Positions 16,681 through 25,164 of a DNA stretch of 26,889 nt are shown here, in pieces. Source of the stretch: Rhodospirillales bacterium (GTDB lineage Bacteria; Pseudomonadota; Alphaproteobacteria; Rhodospirillales; CALINB01); assembly GCA_040216475.1 (NCBI GenBank), contig JAVJPD010000182.1:1-26889 (forward strand). The letters run 5' to 3'. Under the pieces are notes generated by a model, which worked only from the letters and a program-made list of their open reading frames with translations, ran no database searches and was not told the origin of the DNA. Both the position numbers and the translations under genes were made by a program. The stretch's first letter is position 1. Every line of letters starts with the position of its first letter.

Positions 16681-17661
16681 ATGAAAATCGTATACTCGCT
16701 GGCTTGGGAAATCGATCCGTTCGAGCCGATCAAGGAGACCTTTCCGGGTGTCGAGTGGGTCAGGGCCAGCGCCTTGGACGGCTTCGGCGACGTGCTCGGC
16801 GACGCCGACGGCCTGATCGTCAGCGCGACCCAGTACAACGCCAAGGTCGCCGATGAAATCAAACAAAAGGCCAAGAAGCTCCGCTGGATGCAATCGGCCG
16901 CCATCGGGATCGACAATTTCGTCAAGTTCGGCATCCCCGACGGCGTAACGCTCACCAACGCGGCCGGACTCAAGGGCGGCACCGTTTCCGAACACACGTT
17001 CGCCCTGTTGATGGCGCTTTCGCGCGCGACCGTGCATATGGAACGTTTCCGTGCCGCCGGAGAATGGCAAAACGATCTGGTCCGCACCCTGATCACGCCG
17101 CTCGAAGGCCGTACCATGGTCATCGTCGGCTACGGCTCGATCGGCCAGCAACTGGGCCGCAAGGCCAAGGCGTTCGACATGAACGTGATCGCCGTCAGCC
17201 GCTCCGGCACGAGCGACGAGAATGCCGACAAGGCCGTCACGGTCGACAAACTGCTCGATGTTCTGCCCGAAGCCGACGTCGTCGCCGTGGTGCTGCCGTC
17301 GAATCCGGACTCTCACCACCTGATCGACGCCAAGGCCTTCGCCGCCATGAAGAAAGGCGCGATTTTCGTCAACACCGGCCGCGGCGCGACCATGGACGAA
17401 AAGGCACTCGTCGCCGCCTTGCAAAGCGGCCATCTCGGCGGCGCCGGACTCGACGTTTTCGAGGTCGAGCCCCTGTCCGCCGACAGCCCGCTCTGGACGA
17501 TGGACAACGTCGTGCTGTCGCCGCACATCGCCGGCACCAGCGATCGCACCTACGCCCTGTTCGTCGATCTGGTCCGCGGCAATATCGAGCGGTTTCAAAA
17601 AGGCGAGCCGCTGCGGCACGCCATCCCGGCGGAGATGCTCAAAACGACGAACGCCGCCTGA
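16681..17661 (+). CDS. D-2-hydroxyacid dehydrogenase family protein
   Basis: WMQSAAIGID, IVGYGSIG, NTGRG, GLDVFEVEPL, SPHIAG. Confidence 0.9.
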   Translation: MKIVYSLAWEIDPFEPIKETFPGVEWVRASALDGFGDVLGDADGLIVSATQYNAKVADEIKQKAKKLRWMQSAAIGIDNFVKFGIPDGVTLTNAAGLKGGTVSEHTFALLMALSRATVHMERFRAAGEWQNDLVRTLITPLEGRTMVIVGYGSIGQQLGRKAKAFDMNVIAVSRSGTSDENADKAVTVDKLLDVLPEADVVAVVLPSNPDSHHLIDAKAFAAMKKGAIFVNTGRGATMDEKALVAALQSGHLGGAGLDVFEVEPLSADSPLWTMDNVVLSPHIAGTSDRTYALFVDLVRGNIERFQKGEPLRHAIPAEMLKTTNAA

Positions 17662-17700
17662 TCCGGCGGCGCTCGGTTGTCGTCACATTTCCCTGGGTGA

Positions 17701-18855
17701 TCACGGCCCCTCGTCGGAGATCTGGCGGGTGACCCGGATGTCGAACTGCTCGTAGGGAATCTTCCTGAGCGCCGCCTCGTCGACTTCAATGCCGAGACCG
17801 GGGCCGGTCGGTAATTGGATGTAACTGTCTTTTTGTATCATCGGATTGCCCGGCGAAAGTTGCTGCGCCAGCGGTTCGTAGGGCACGAAGTATTCCGCGA
17901 TGATGAAGTTCGGCATCAGCGCGCAGGCGTGAATCGAGGCCGCCATCCCGACCAGGGTCGAGTTGTAGTTATGCGGCGACATCGCCACGTAATAGGGCTC
18001 CGCCATCGCGCCGATTTCCTTGAGCTTCAGAATGCCGCCGCAGCTGCCGACGTCGGGGTTGAGAATATCGGCGGCTTCGTTCACGAGCACGTCGCGGAAT
18101 CCCGCGGTGGTGTGAATGCCCTCGCCGGTTACCACCGGCAGGGAAATGTTCGCCCGGATTTCCGCGAGCGCATCGACGTTCTCCGCCGTGCACGGCTCCT
18201 CGAACCAATAGAGGTTGAACTCCTCCAACCGCTCGGCGAGACGTGCCGCGTGATGAGGCGACAGTTTGCGGCTGAGATCGACCATGAGATTGATATCCGG
18301 GCCGACCGCGTCGCGCACGGCGCGCACGTTGGCGACGGCGTCATTTTCCTGTTTGGCGCTGACGAAGGTCCGCGCGGCGCCGGTCAGACAGTAGAATTTC
18401 ATCGCCGTGAAACCGAGTTTCGCGGTCTTCTCCGCGGCGCGGGCGAAATCGTCCGGAGTCTTGCAGCCGAACGCCCAGCCGTTGGCATAAACATAGAACT
18501 TGTCGCGCACCGGCCCGCCGAGCAGGTTGTAAACCGGCTGGTCGAGAGCCTTGCCGACGATGTCCCACAATGCGATCTCGATCCCCGACAGCGCCGAGTA
18601 GAACTCGAGCGAGGCGCGCCGCGCGGCGCCGTCGTTGAAGGCGATTTCCGTGAAATATTTGATCTGAAACGGATCGCGCCCGATCAGGTAGCGCGCGAGT
18701 TCCTCGACCATGACGGCGGTTGCGCGTTCACGATCGTGATGCGTGAACGCCTCGCCCCACCCGATGATACCGTCGTCGGTCGTAACCTTGACATAAGCGA
18801 GGTTCTTGCGGAAATCGCTTCGAAACAGAAAACATTCGACGGACTTGACCTTCAT
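17701..18855 (-). CDS. Mandelate racemase/muconate lactonizing enzyme family, acid-sugar dehydratase-like
   Basis: VKVTTDDGIIGWGE, SGIEIALWDIVGK, LLGG, metal ligands in VD / FEEP / TGE, PHN, PGLGIEVD. Confidence 0.9.
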   Translation of the reverse strand: MKVKSVECFLFRSDFRKNLAYVKVTTDDGIIGWGEAFTHHDRERATAVMVEELARYLIGRDPFQIKYFTEIAFNDGAARRASLEFYSALSGIEIALWDIVGKALDQPVYNLLGGPVRDKFYVYANGWAFGCKTPDDFARAAEKTAKLGFTAMKFYCLTGAARTFVSAKQENDAVANVRAVRDAVGPDINLMVDLSRKLSPHHAARLAERLEEFNLYWFEEPCTAENVDALAEIRANISLPVVTGEGIHTTAGFRDVLVNEAADILNPDVGSCGGILKLKEIGAMAEPYYVAMSPHNYNSTLVGMAASIHACALMPNFIIAEYFVPYEPLAQQLSPGNPMIQKDSYIQLPTGPGLGIEVDEAALRKIPYEQFDIRVTRQISDEGP

Positions 18856-18901
18856 GTAATGACTCCCCCTGGGATTGATATCGCGTTGGTGCCGTTAATC
18901 T

Positions 18902-19858
18902 TTAATCTTGAACGTTGAGATAGCCACGCGGATGCGGCGGCTTGGCAAAGGCTGCCGGATCGCACGTCGTCGGGTCGCCGTCGAGCTGACAGCGCTTGGC
19001 GATACGATCCTGGCCCGGCGGGATGGCGTTGCGGTGATGCATGACGGCGCGGTTGTCCCACATCAGAATGTCGCCCTCGCGCCATTTGTGGTGCCACTGG
19101 AACTCGGGCTTGGTCGCGTGTGCCCAAAGCTCATCGAGCAGCGCCTCCGAGTCCTCGAGCGTCAGGCCGTTGACGTAGGCGAACGGACGGCGCCCCAAAT
19201 AGAGCGCGTTGTAGCCGGTTTTCGGATGGGTGCAGACGATCGGATGGTTCGGCCCCGGACTGGTGCGGATATCCCCCGGCGGTTTTTGGTTGCCGCGCAA
19301 CTGGCCGCCGCTGTTGTAGGCGGCGTCGTTCTTGATGCTGAGGCCCTTGATGCGTTCACGCGTCGCCTCGGGCAGGGTTTCAAGCGCCAGGTACATGTTG
19401 CAAAAACCGGTCTCGCCGCCCCGCTCCGGCGCCAAGGTGCCGTACAGCACGCTGTAGCTGAGCGGGATTTCCCGATAGGAATGATCCGTGTGCCAGACGA
19501 CCTCCTTGTCGCCGAACTGGCCGATCGGCACGCCGTTTTCCTTGATGTTGGAATTGATACCGATATAGGGGTTGGTCCGCGCCTTCATGCCTTTCGGCGA
19601 TTCTTCCGGCTTCGAGCCGGGACGCAGCACGCCGAAGTGCCGGGCGAAGTCGAGCTGATCCTCGTCGGTCAATTCCTGATCGCGAATCAGGATCACCAGG
19701 TTATCCAACAGCGCCCGATGGACGACCGCGGCGGTCGCGTCGTCAATGGCCTTGACGTCGCCGCAGCGCACTTCCGCGCCGAGCGCATGGGGTAACGGAA
19801 TGACCTCGATTTGGCCGTTATGGCTCAGGCCAACCTCTTCTAGCGCGACCGTCGACAT
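18902..19858 (-). CDS. TauD/TfdA-family Fe(II)/2-oxoglutarate dioxygenase
   Basis: WHTD (HxD), GGETGF, HPIVCTHP.TG, LYLG, WREGDILMWDNR.VMH, distal R. ATG 19858 with SD GGAGG. Confidence 0.92.
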   Translation of the reverse strand: MSTVALEEVGLSHNGQIEVIPLPHALGAEVRCGDVKAIDDATAAVVHRALLDNLVILIRDQELTDEDQLDFARHFGVLRPGSKPEESPKGMKARTNPYIGINSNIKENGVPIGQFGDKEVVWHTDHSYREIPLSYSVLYGTLAPERGGETGFCNMYLALETLPEATRERIKGLSIKNDAAYNSGGQLRGNQKPPGDIRTSPGPNHPIVCTHPKTGYNALYLGRRPFAYVNGLTLEDSEALLDELWAHATKPEFQWHHKWREGDILMWDNRAVMHHRNAIPPGQDRIAKRCQLDGDPTTCDPAAFAKPPHPRGYLNVQD

Positions 19859-20031
19859 GATTCGGCCTCCCTTTGTTAAAAAAAGTTTGTTCGGCAAAGA
19901 GTTTCAGAAGATGATTCGATTGTAGCGCGTATATTACGTTTATGTAAATAACCCCCTGGCGGAATGTTCGTCTTATGATTAAGCTGGCGGCACGTCCGTA
20001 TCATCACTCTTTCATAACCAGGGAGGCGCAC

Positions 20032-20892
20032 ATGGCCAATAATATGGCCAAGGATAATGCTTGGCTCGACAAACCGTCGTTCGATTTTCTCACCATTCCG
20101 ACCGCAAAACCGAAGCCGCGCAAAGACCGCTGGACCGTGATGAGCGACCGCTCGATCCCGACCAAGTTCGTCGACGATTATTTGACGTACAACGGCAACC
20201 TGATCGACGAGGTCAAGTTCGTCGACTTCACGGGGATTCACCGGATCAGCGCGCGCACCATCGTCGAAAAAAACAAGGTGTATAAGAAATACGGTATCCC
20301 GACGTTTCCGGGCGGGGTCGCCTTCGAGATCGCCTACCTGCAGGGCAAGGTCGACGAATTTTACGAACGCGTTATCGAACTGGGTTTCACGGGCATGGAA
20401 GTCAGCACCGATTCGATGCCGGAATTGCTGCGCGAGGAACGATCCGCCCTGATCAAGAAGGGTACCGGCATGGGGCTTCAGGTCTTTACCGAAGTCGGCA
20501 AGAAATTCTTCGACGATCCGTTCCCGGCGGAAGAAGCCGTGAGGTGCATCCAGGCGGATCTCGACGCCGGCGCCGTCAAGGTCGTGCTCGAAAACACGGA
20601 ATTGATGCACTATCACCAAAACGATGCGGAAACGCTGCGCCGGATCATCGAGCCGGTCGGCCTCGAAAATCTGATTCTCGAAATCGGCCGCAACGGCTGG
20701 CCGCACCTGACCATGTGGCTGTTGCGCGAATACGGCCCCGACATCAACGTCGAAAACATCGAGCACGACCGCATCGCCACGCTCGAGGGCATGCGCCGCG
20801 GCCTGCAACGGATCATGGGCTACGAATATCTCAGCACGATCCAAAACAAGCCCCCGCTCGACCTGCACGACCTCAAGGACCAGGCCGGCTGA
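20032..20892 (+). CDS. Divergent phosphosulfolactate synthase (ComA)-family TIM-barrel protein
   Basis: KPR..WTV.SD, IDEVKF, PGG..FE.AY, LGF..MEVS, EER..LI, TEVGKK, DLDAGA..V..E, GP..N..N, LE..RRGL. ATG 20032 after SD GGGAGG. Confidence 0.85.
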   Translation: MANNMAKDNAWLDKPSFDFLTIPTAKPKPRKDRWTVMSDRSIPTKFVDDYLTYNGNLIDEVKFVDFTGIHRISARTIVEKNKVYKKYGIPTFPGGVAFEIAYLQGKVDEFYERVIELGFTGMEVSTDSMPELLREERSALIKKGTGMGLQVFTEVGKKFFDDPFPAEEAVRCIQADLDAGAVKVVLENTELMHYHQNDAETLRRIIEPVGLENLILEIGRNGWPHLTMWLLREYGPDINVENIEHDRIATLEGMRRGLQRIMGYEYLSTIQNKPPLDLHDLKDQAG

Positions 20893-20898
20893 GCTGAT

Positions 20899-22236
20899 AT
20901 GGATGTAACCCGCCGCCTCGCCCGGTTCGCGCTCGAGCTCAAGCCCGAGGACGTCCCCGAGTCCGTGCGCCACGATGCGAAACGCTCGCTGATCAACTTT
21001 CTCGGCTGCTCGATCGGCGGCGCCCAGCATGAAACCGTCGACAAGCTGACGGCGGCGACCGTACCGTTCGCGGGCCCGGCGCAGGCGAGCGTGCTGGGCC
21101 GCGGCGAACGGCTCGATATCGTGAACGCCGCCCTGATTAACGGCACCAGCTCGGCGGTGCTCGACTTCGACGCGACGCAAGCGAAGAAGACCAACATCCA
21201 CCCGAGCGGCCCGGCGGCACCCGTGTGCCTGGCGCTTGCCGAATATGCCCCCGTCAGCGGCGGCGATTTCCTGCATGCGTTTATCCTGGGCGTCGAGATC
21301 GAGTGCCGCATCGCCAACACGGTGTTCGGCGCGAAGAACCCGGGCTGGCACGTGACCAGCGTGTGCGGCGGCTTCGGCGCGGCCGCCGCCGCCGGCCGGG
21401 TGCTCGGGCTCGACGAGCAGCAACTGGTCTGGGCGTTCGGGATTGCCGCCAACCTCGCCGGCGGCATCCGCGAAAACTACGGCACCATGGTCAAAAGTTT
21501 CGCGCCCGGGGTGGCGGCGCGCAACGGCCTCACCGCGGCCCTGATGGCGCAACAAGGCTTCGTGAGCGACGACCGCGCGCTCGAGGGTTCCAAGGGGTTC
21601 GCCGCCGCCATGACCGGCGTGGCCGATTTGAAAGCGCTCACCGAGAACTTCGGCAAGGACTTCGAGATTTCCTATAATACCTACAAGGCTTTCGCCTGCG
21701 GCATCGTGACCCACGCCAGTGTCGACGGCTGCATCCAACTCAGAAACGAGAACCGCTTGCAGCCCGAGCGGATCGTACGGGTTTCGCTCCGGGTCAGCCC
21801 GAATACGCTGCTGCTGACCGGCAAGCCGGAGCCGCGAACCGGGCTTGAGGGTAAATTCAGCGTTTATCATGCCGCCGCCGCCGCGCTTATCGACGGCGCC
21901 GCCGGCGAAGCCCAGTTCACCGACAAACGCGTTCACGATCCCTCCGTCATCGCGCTGCGCAAATGCATCACGGCGCAGGCCGAGGAAAGCATCGGCAAAT
22001 ACGAAGCCTATGTGAGCATCGAACTCGATGACGGACGCAAACTCGAACGCCACGTCGAGCATGCATTGGGGTGCCTGGAAAACCCCATGAGCGACAACGA
22101 CCTCATCACCAAGTATAATGAGCTGGTGAGCGGGGTTTTCCCCGACAAACAACGCGACGAACTGGCCGAGCTGTGCTGGTCGGCCGATACTCTCAGCGAC
22201 GCCGCCGTCCTCGCACGCGCGGCGGTGAAGACGTAA
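20899..22236 (+). CDS. MmgE/PrpD-family protein
   Basis: AALINGT...LDFD, HPS, GVEI.CRI, GWH.T...G.FGAAAAA, AARNGL.AA, LEG.KGF, YK.FACG..TH, KFS. Confidence 0.9.
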   Translation: MDVTRRLARFALELKPEDVPESVRHDAKRSLINFLGCSIGGAQHETVDKLTAATVPFAGPAQASVLGRGERLDIVNAALINGTSSAVLDFDATQAKKTNIHPSGPAAPVCLALAEYAPVSGGDFLHAFILGVEIECRIANTVFGAKNPGWHVTSVCGGFGAAAAAGRVLGLDEQQLVWAFGIAANLAGGIRENYGTMVKSFAPGVAARNGLTAALMAQQGFVSDDRALEGSKGFAAAMTGVADLKALTENFGKDFEISYNTYKAFACGIVTHASVDGCIQLRNENRLQPERIVRVSLRVSPNTLLLTGKPEPRTGLEGKFSVYHAAAAALIDGAAGEAQFTDKRVHDPSVIALRKCITAQAEESIGKYEAYVSIELDDGRKLERHVEHALGCLENPMSDNDLITKYNELVSGVFPDKQRDELAELCWSADTLSDAAVLARAAVKT

Positions 22237-22247
22237 AGAGGAACCCC

Positions 22248-22814
22248 GTGAAAAGCATCCTGCTGATCGGCGACATGATCAACGATATCATCCATCCCGA
22301 CGGGCCGAACAAATACGGCGAGGAACTCGCCCGGCGCGACACCATCGCCAATACCGCAACCGTGATCGCCAAGGCCCGTGCCGCCGGCGTGCCCGTTGGT
22401 TACATCCGAGTCGGCTTTTCGCCCGATTACCGGGAATGCCCGCCGCACTCGAAAATCTTCCAGGGCGCGAAAAAGAGCGGCATCTTCAAACTCGGCACCT
22501 GGGGCACGGAAGTCCATCCCGATCTCGCGCCGCAGGAGAGCGATTTCGATATCGTCAAGCACCGCGTCAGCCCGTTTTACGGCACCGATTTGGAGCCGCT
22601 TCTCAAGGCTCAAGGCGTCGAGCGAATCTACATCTGCGGCGTTTCCACCGGCGGCGTGGTGATGTCGGTTGCCAAGGAAGGCCACGATAGAGATTATAAC
22701 ATCGTCATCATCGACGACTGCTGCTGCGCCGGCAGCGAGGACGAACACCGGTTCCTGCTGAACAATATGGCGCGCTTCGCCGGCGTAACGACAAGCGCCG
22801 AGATCGAGTTTTGA
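22248..22814 (+). CDS. Isochorismatase/cysteine-hydrolase family protein lacking the catalytic Cys
   Basis: LLIGDMIND, GTWGTEVHPDLAP, KHRVSPFYGTDLE..L, GVSTGGVV, GHDRDY..V.I.DCC. GTG 22248 with SD AGAGGA. Confidence 0.85.
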   Translation: MKSILLIGDMINDIIHPDGPNKYGEELARRDTIANTATVIAKARAAGVPVGYIRVGFSPDYRECPPHSKIFQGAKKSGIFKLGTWGTEVHPDLAPQESDFDIVKHRVSPFYGTDLEPLLKAQGVERIYICGVSTGGVVMSVAKEGHDRDYNIVIIDDCCCAGSEDEHRFLLNNMARFAGVTTSAEIEF

Positions 22815-23572
22815 ACGTAATGAAGGACTCCGACGGAGCCGTTCTCCATAAGCGTACGGATGAACGCCGCGACAGTTGGCGCCAAAAACCGGTATTGCGG
22901 GTTCTCTACGAAGATTACTACGATCGCATTCTGTCTTTTTGCGCCGACGGGCCGATCCTGGAGATCGGTGCCTCGACCGGCGGCATAAAAACGCTGCGCC
23001 CCGACGCCGTCTGCACCGACGTTCAGGTCCTGCCCTGGTTGGATTCCGTTGTCGATGCCCATTGCTTGCCTTTTAAGGATCAAGCATTTTCCAATATCAT
23101 CATGATCGACGCGCTTCATCATTTCGAATCGCCTTATGTATTTTTTAAGGATGCCCTGCGCGTTCTACCGCCCGGCGGCCGACTCGTCATGATGGAGCCC
23201 GCCATTACCCCCGTAAGCTGGATCGTTTTCAATTTTATGCATCCGGAACCCGTGGATCTCCAAGAGAACCCCCTATCGCGGCGGCAGTTGAGCGGAGCTA
23301 AGCGTGACCCGTTCGACGATGCAAACCAAGCGATTCCGACGACGCTGTTTGGCCGGCACCGCCGCACGTTCGAACAGGAATTCCCGGAATTCAAAATTAT
23401 TCACCATCAGCATTTTTGCGTTCTCTCCTATCTCCTGTCGGGTGGATTTCGCTCCTGGAGTCTGCTTCCCCGATCGGCCGCGCCGACTTTCCTGAAAGTA
23501 GAGCGCGTGCTCGATAAGATTTTGGGACCGTTTATGGCGTTCCGACTGCTTACCGTTCTTGAGCGGACTTAA
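22811..23572 (+). CDS. Class I SAM-dependent methyltransferase
   Basis: ILEIGASTG motif I, DAH.LPF, D.LHH, RVL.PGGR..MMEP. Start is either TTG 22811 or ATG 22820. Confidence 0.8.
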   Translation: MNVMKDSDGAVLHKRTDERRDSWRQKPVLRVLYEDYYDRILSFCADGPILEIGASTGGIKTLRPDAVCTDVQVLPWLDSVVDAHCLPFKDQAFSNIIMIDALHHFESPYVFFKDALRVLPPGGRLVMMEPAITPVSWIVFNFMHPEPVDLQENPLSRRQLSGAKRDPFDDANQAIPTTLFGRHRRTFEQEFPEFKIIHHQHFCVLSYLLSGGFRSWSLLPRSAAPTFLKVERVLDKILGPFMAFRLLTVLERT

Positions 23573-25164
23573 GCGTTTTTCAGCTTGCGCGAGAGATTCC
23601 GTCCAATTCGATCGGCATTGGCCATGATCGTGAAGGTCAGGTTCTTTGCCGGCAAAGCGTTCAGAACGGTACCGTCAGCGACATAAAGCCCCGGCATTTC
23701 CGTTACCTCGCCATCGGCGCCGATCCGCTCCCCCATCGGAAAGGCGCCGCCATAGTGGGAATCCGCGCCCGGCTCCAACACCGTCAAAGATCCCGGCAAG
23801 ATCAAGGCGCCTAATTTCAGAAACCTTTTACGTAATTGTCTGACAGCTTCACGAATAGCAAGATCGAAACCCGCCCGGTTGCCGCCCTTAATTTTCATCT
23901 CCGTCTCGCCGTGTTCGTTCGTGTTCAAATTTATGACGTTGCTACTATACTCACCCGGAAAAAACGCCAAGCATATCAACATCGCCGGTTGCAGCGCTTT
24001 TGTGAGGGCAACCGCACTCGGGCGCGACAACGGCATGGAGGCCATCACGTCGACGGCGGAAACTCCGGCTGCATCGTATATCAGACCGAATAGTTCATCG
24101 CCGGACCGGGACGAGAGGGCATGACGAAAACAGAGCTGTGCCATACCGTAAAACGATTGCGGCATCGCCCTGCCAAGCCATGAAGGCTGCAGAAGCACGA
24201 AAGCGATACCGGGAGTCGTCAAAAGCCGGGTAGTTTGATTTTGTAACTTCAATGCTTGCGCGACCAATCGGGAACTCGCGAGCGTGCCGGCGGCCAAAAC
24301 GACCGACCCCGATTCGTAAATCGATGTTTCGGCACCGTTTCTCGATTTAGCTTCGATTCGTATGCCGTGATCGGCCCGGTCTATTTTCGTGATAATACGC
24401 CCATTCACATTCTTGAAATTGGGGAACCGCCGCAATGCTTCCAAATCCCGGTAACTCGAGTAAACGGCCCCCGTCGGGCACCCCCACATACACCCGCCAT
24501 TCAAACTACACGCACGAGCCCCATTGTGATCGCGGCTCAGCACGGCATTGCGGGCCCGGCCCATCGTCAGATCGGGGAATCCTCCGAAACGGCCATAGGC
24601 CGCATACAACCTCTCGACGGCTGGCGATAAAGGCAACGCCGGCTGAACCGGCAGATACTCGCCGAGATAAGCGCCGAGATCATCATTTGTCGAGCCGCTT
24701 AGTCCGATACGCTCGGCAACGATGCCATAGGACCGTTTCATGTCGTCATATGGAACAGGATACTTCGCCATTTCGTTCGCATCGAACGCGGCAACTGCCC
24801 CGCCCCACACGGCACTTAAACCCGCCGTCCCCAACGCACCGATCATGCGGAAATTTTCCGTCTGCAGCGTATTCGCCGCGAGATACTCTTCGCCATAGCC
24901 GTCGGGCGGCATTGTGCGCAGCTTTGGTGAAACACCGTTGTTTTGGCGCAATGTCGAGTATTCTTTTCCTAGGAAATCCTGCCGCTGGGGAAAATTTCCC
25001 GAACGCAATGCCGACAAATCGGGACGAGATACCGCCGAATCGTCAAAAGCCCCTGTCCCCGCATCAAACAGCAGGACCTGCACTCCGGATTCGACCAAAG
25101 GCCAAGCTGCCGAGACTCCCGCCGGCCCCGAACCAATGATGATCACATCCGAATGCGCCGTCAC
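23569..25164 (-). CDS. GMC-family FAD-dependent oxidoreductase
   Basis: DVIIIGSGPAG, GLSAVWGG, C...G.C.WGCP, VVLAAGTL.S, HYGG, GLYVADG..L, N.TFTIMANA.RI. GTGA overlap with the upstream gene. Confidence 0.85.
   Translation of the reverse strand: MTAHSDVIIIGSGPAGVSAAWPLVESGVQVLLFDAGTGAFDDSAVSRPDLSALRSGNFPQRQDFLGKEYSTLRQNNGVSPKLRTMPPDGYGEEYLAANTLQTENFRMIGALGTAGLSAVWGGAVAAFDANEMAKYPVPYDDMKRSYGIVAERIGLSGSTNDDLGAYLGEYLPVQPALPLSPAVERLYAAYGRFGGFPDLTMGRARNAVLSRDHNGARACSLNGGCMWGCPTGAVYSSYRDLEALRRFPNFKNVNGRIITKIDRADHGIRIEAKSRNGAETSIYESGSVVLAAGTLASSRLVAQALKLQNQTTRLLTTPGIAFVLLQPSWLGRAMPQSFYGMAQLCFRHALSSRSGDELFGLIYDAAGVSAVDVMASMPLSRPSAVALTKALQPAMLICLAFFPGEYSSNVINLNTNEHGETEMKIKGGNRAGFDLAIREAVRQLRKRFLKLGALILPGSLTVLEPGADSHYGGAFPMGERIGADGEVTEMPGLYVADGTVLNALPAKNLTFTIMANADRIGRNLSRKLKNA

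Noticed and set aside
14827-17619. 930-aa minus-strand ORF (also 19876-22152, 13564-14703, 11343-12146, 139-1278, 17815-18918, 18908-19795)
   Set aside because: These are antisense shadows of well-supported genes, a normal result of high GC3 codon bias. They have no recognisable motifs of their own.
17701-18855. Calling this dgoD
   Set aside because: It lacks the DFHGR-type motif, and no dgoK or dgoA is nearby.
18902-19858. Calling this tauD (taurine dioxygenase)
   Set aside because: Family motifs are clear, but no tauABC context is present and substrate-determining residues could not be verified by eye.
20032-20892. Calling this coenzyme M biosynthesis (comA)
   Set aside because: No comB, comC or comDE in the window, and pocket motifs diverge. 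Only family membership is supported.
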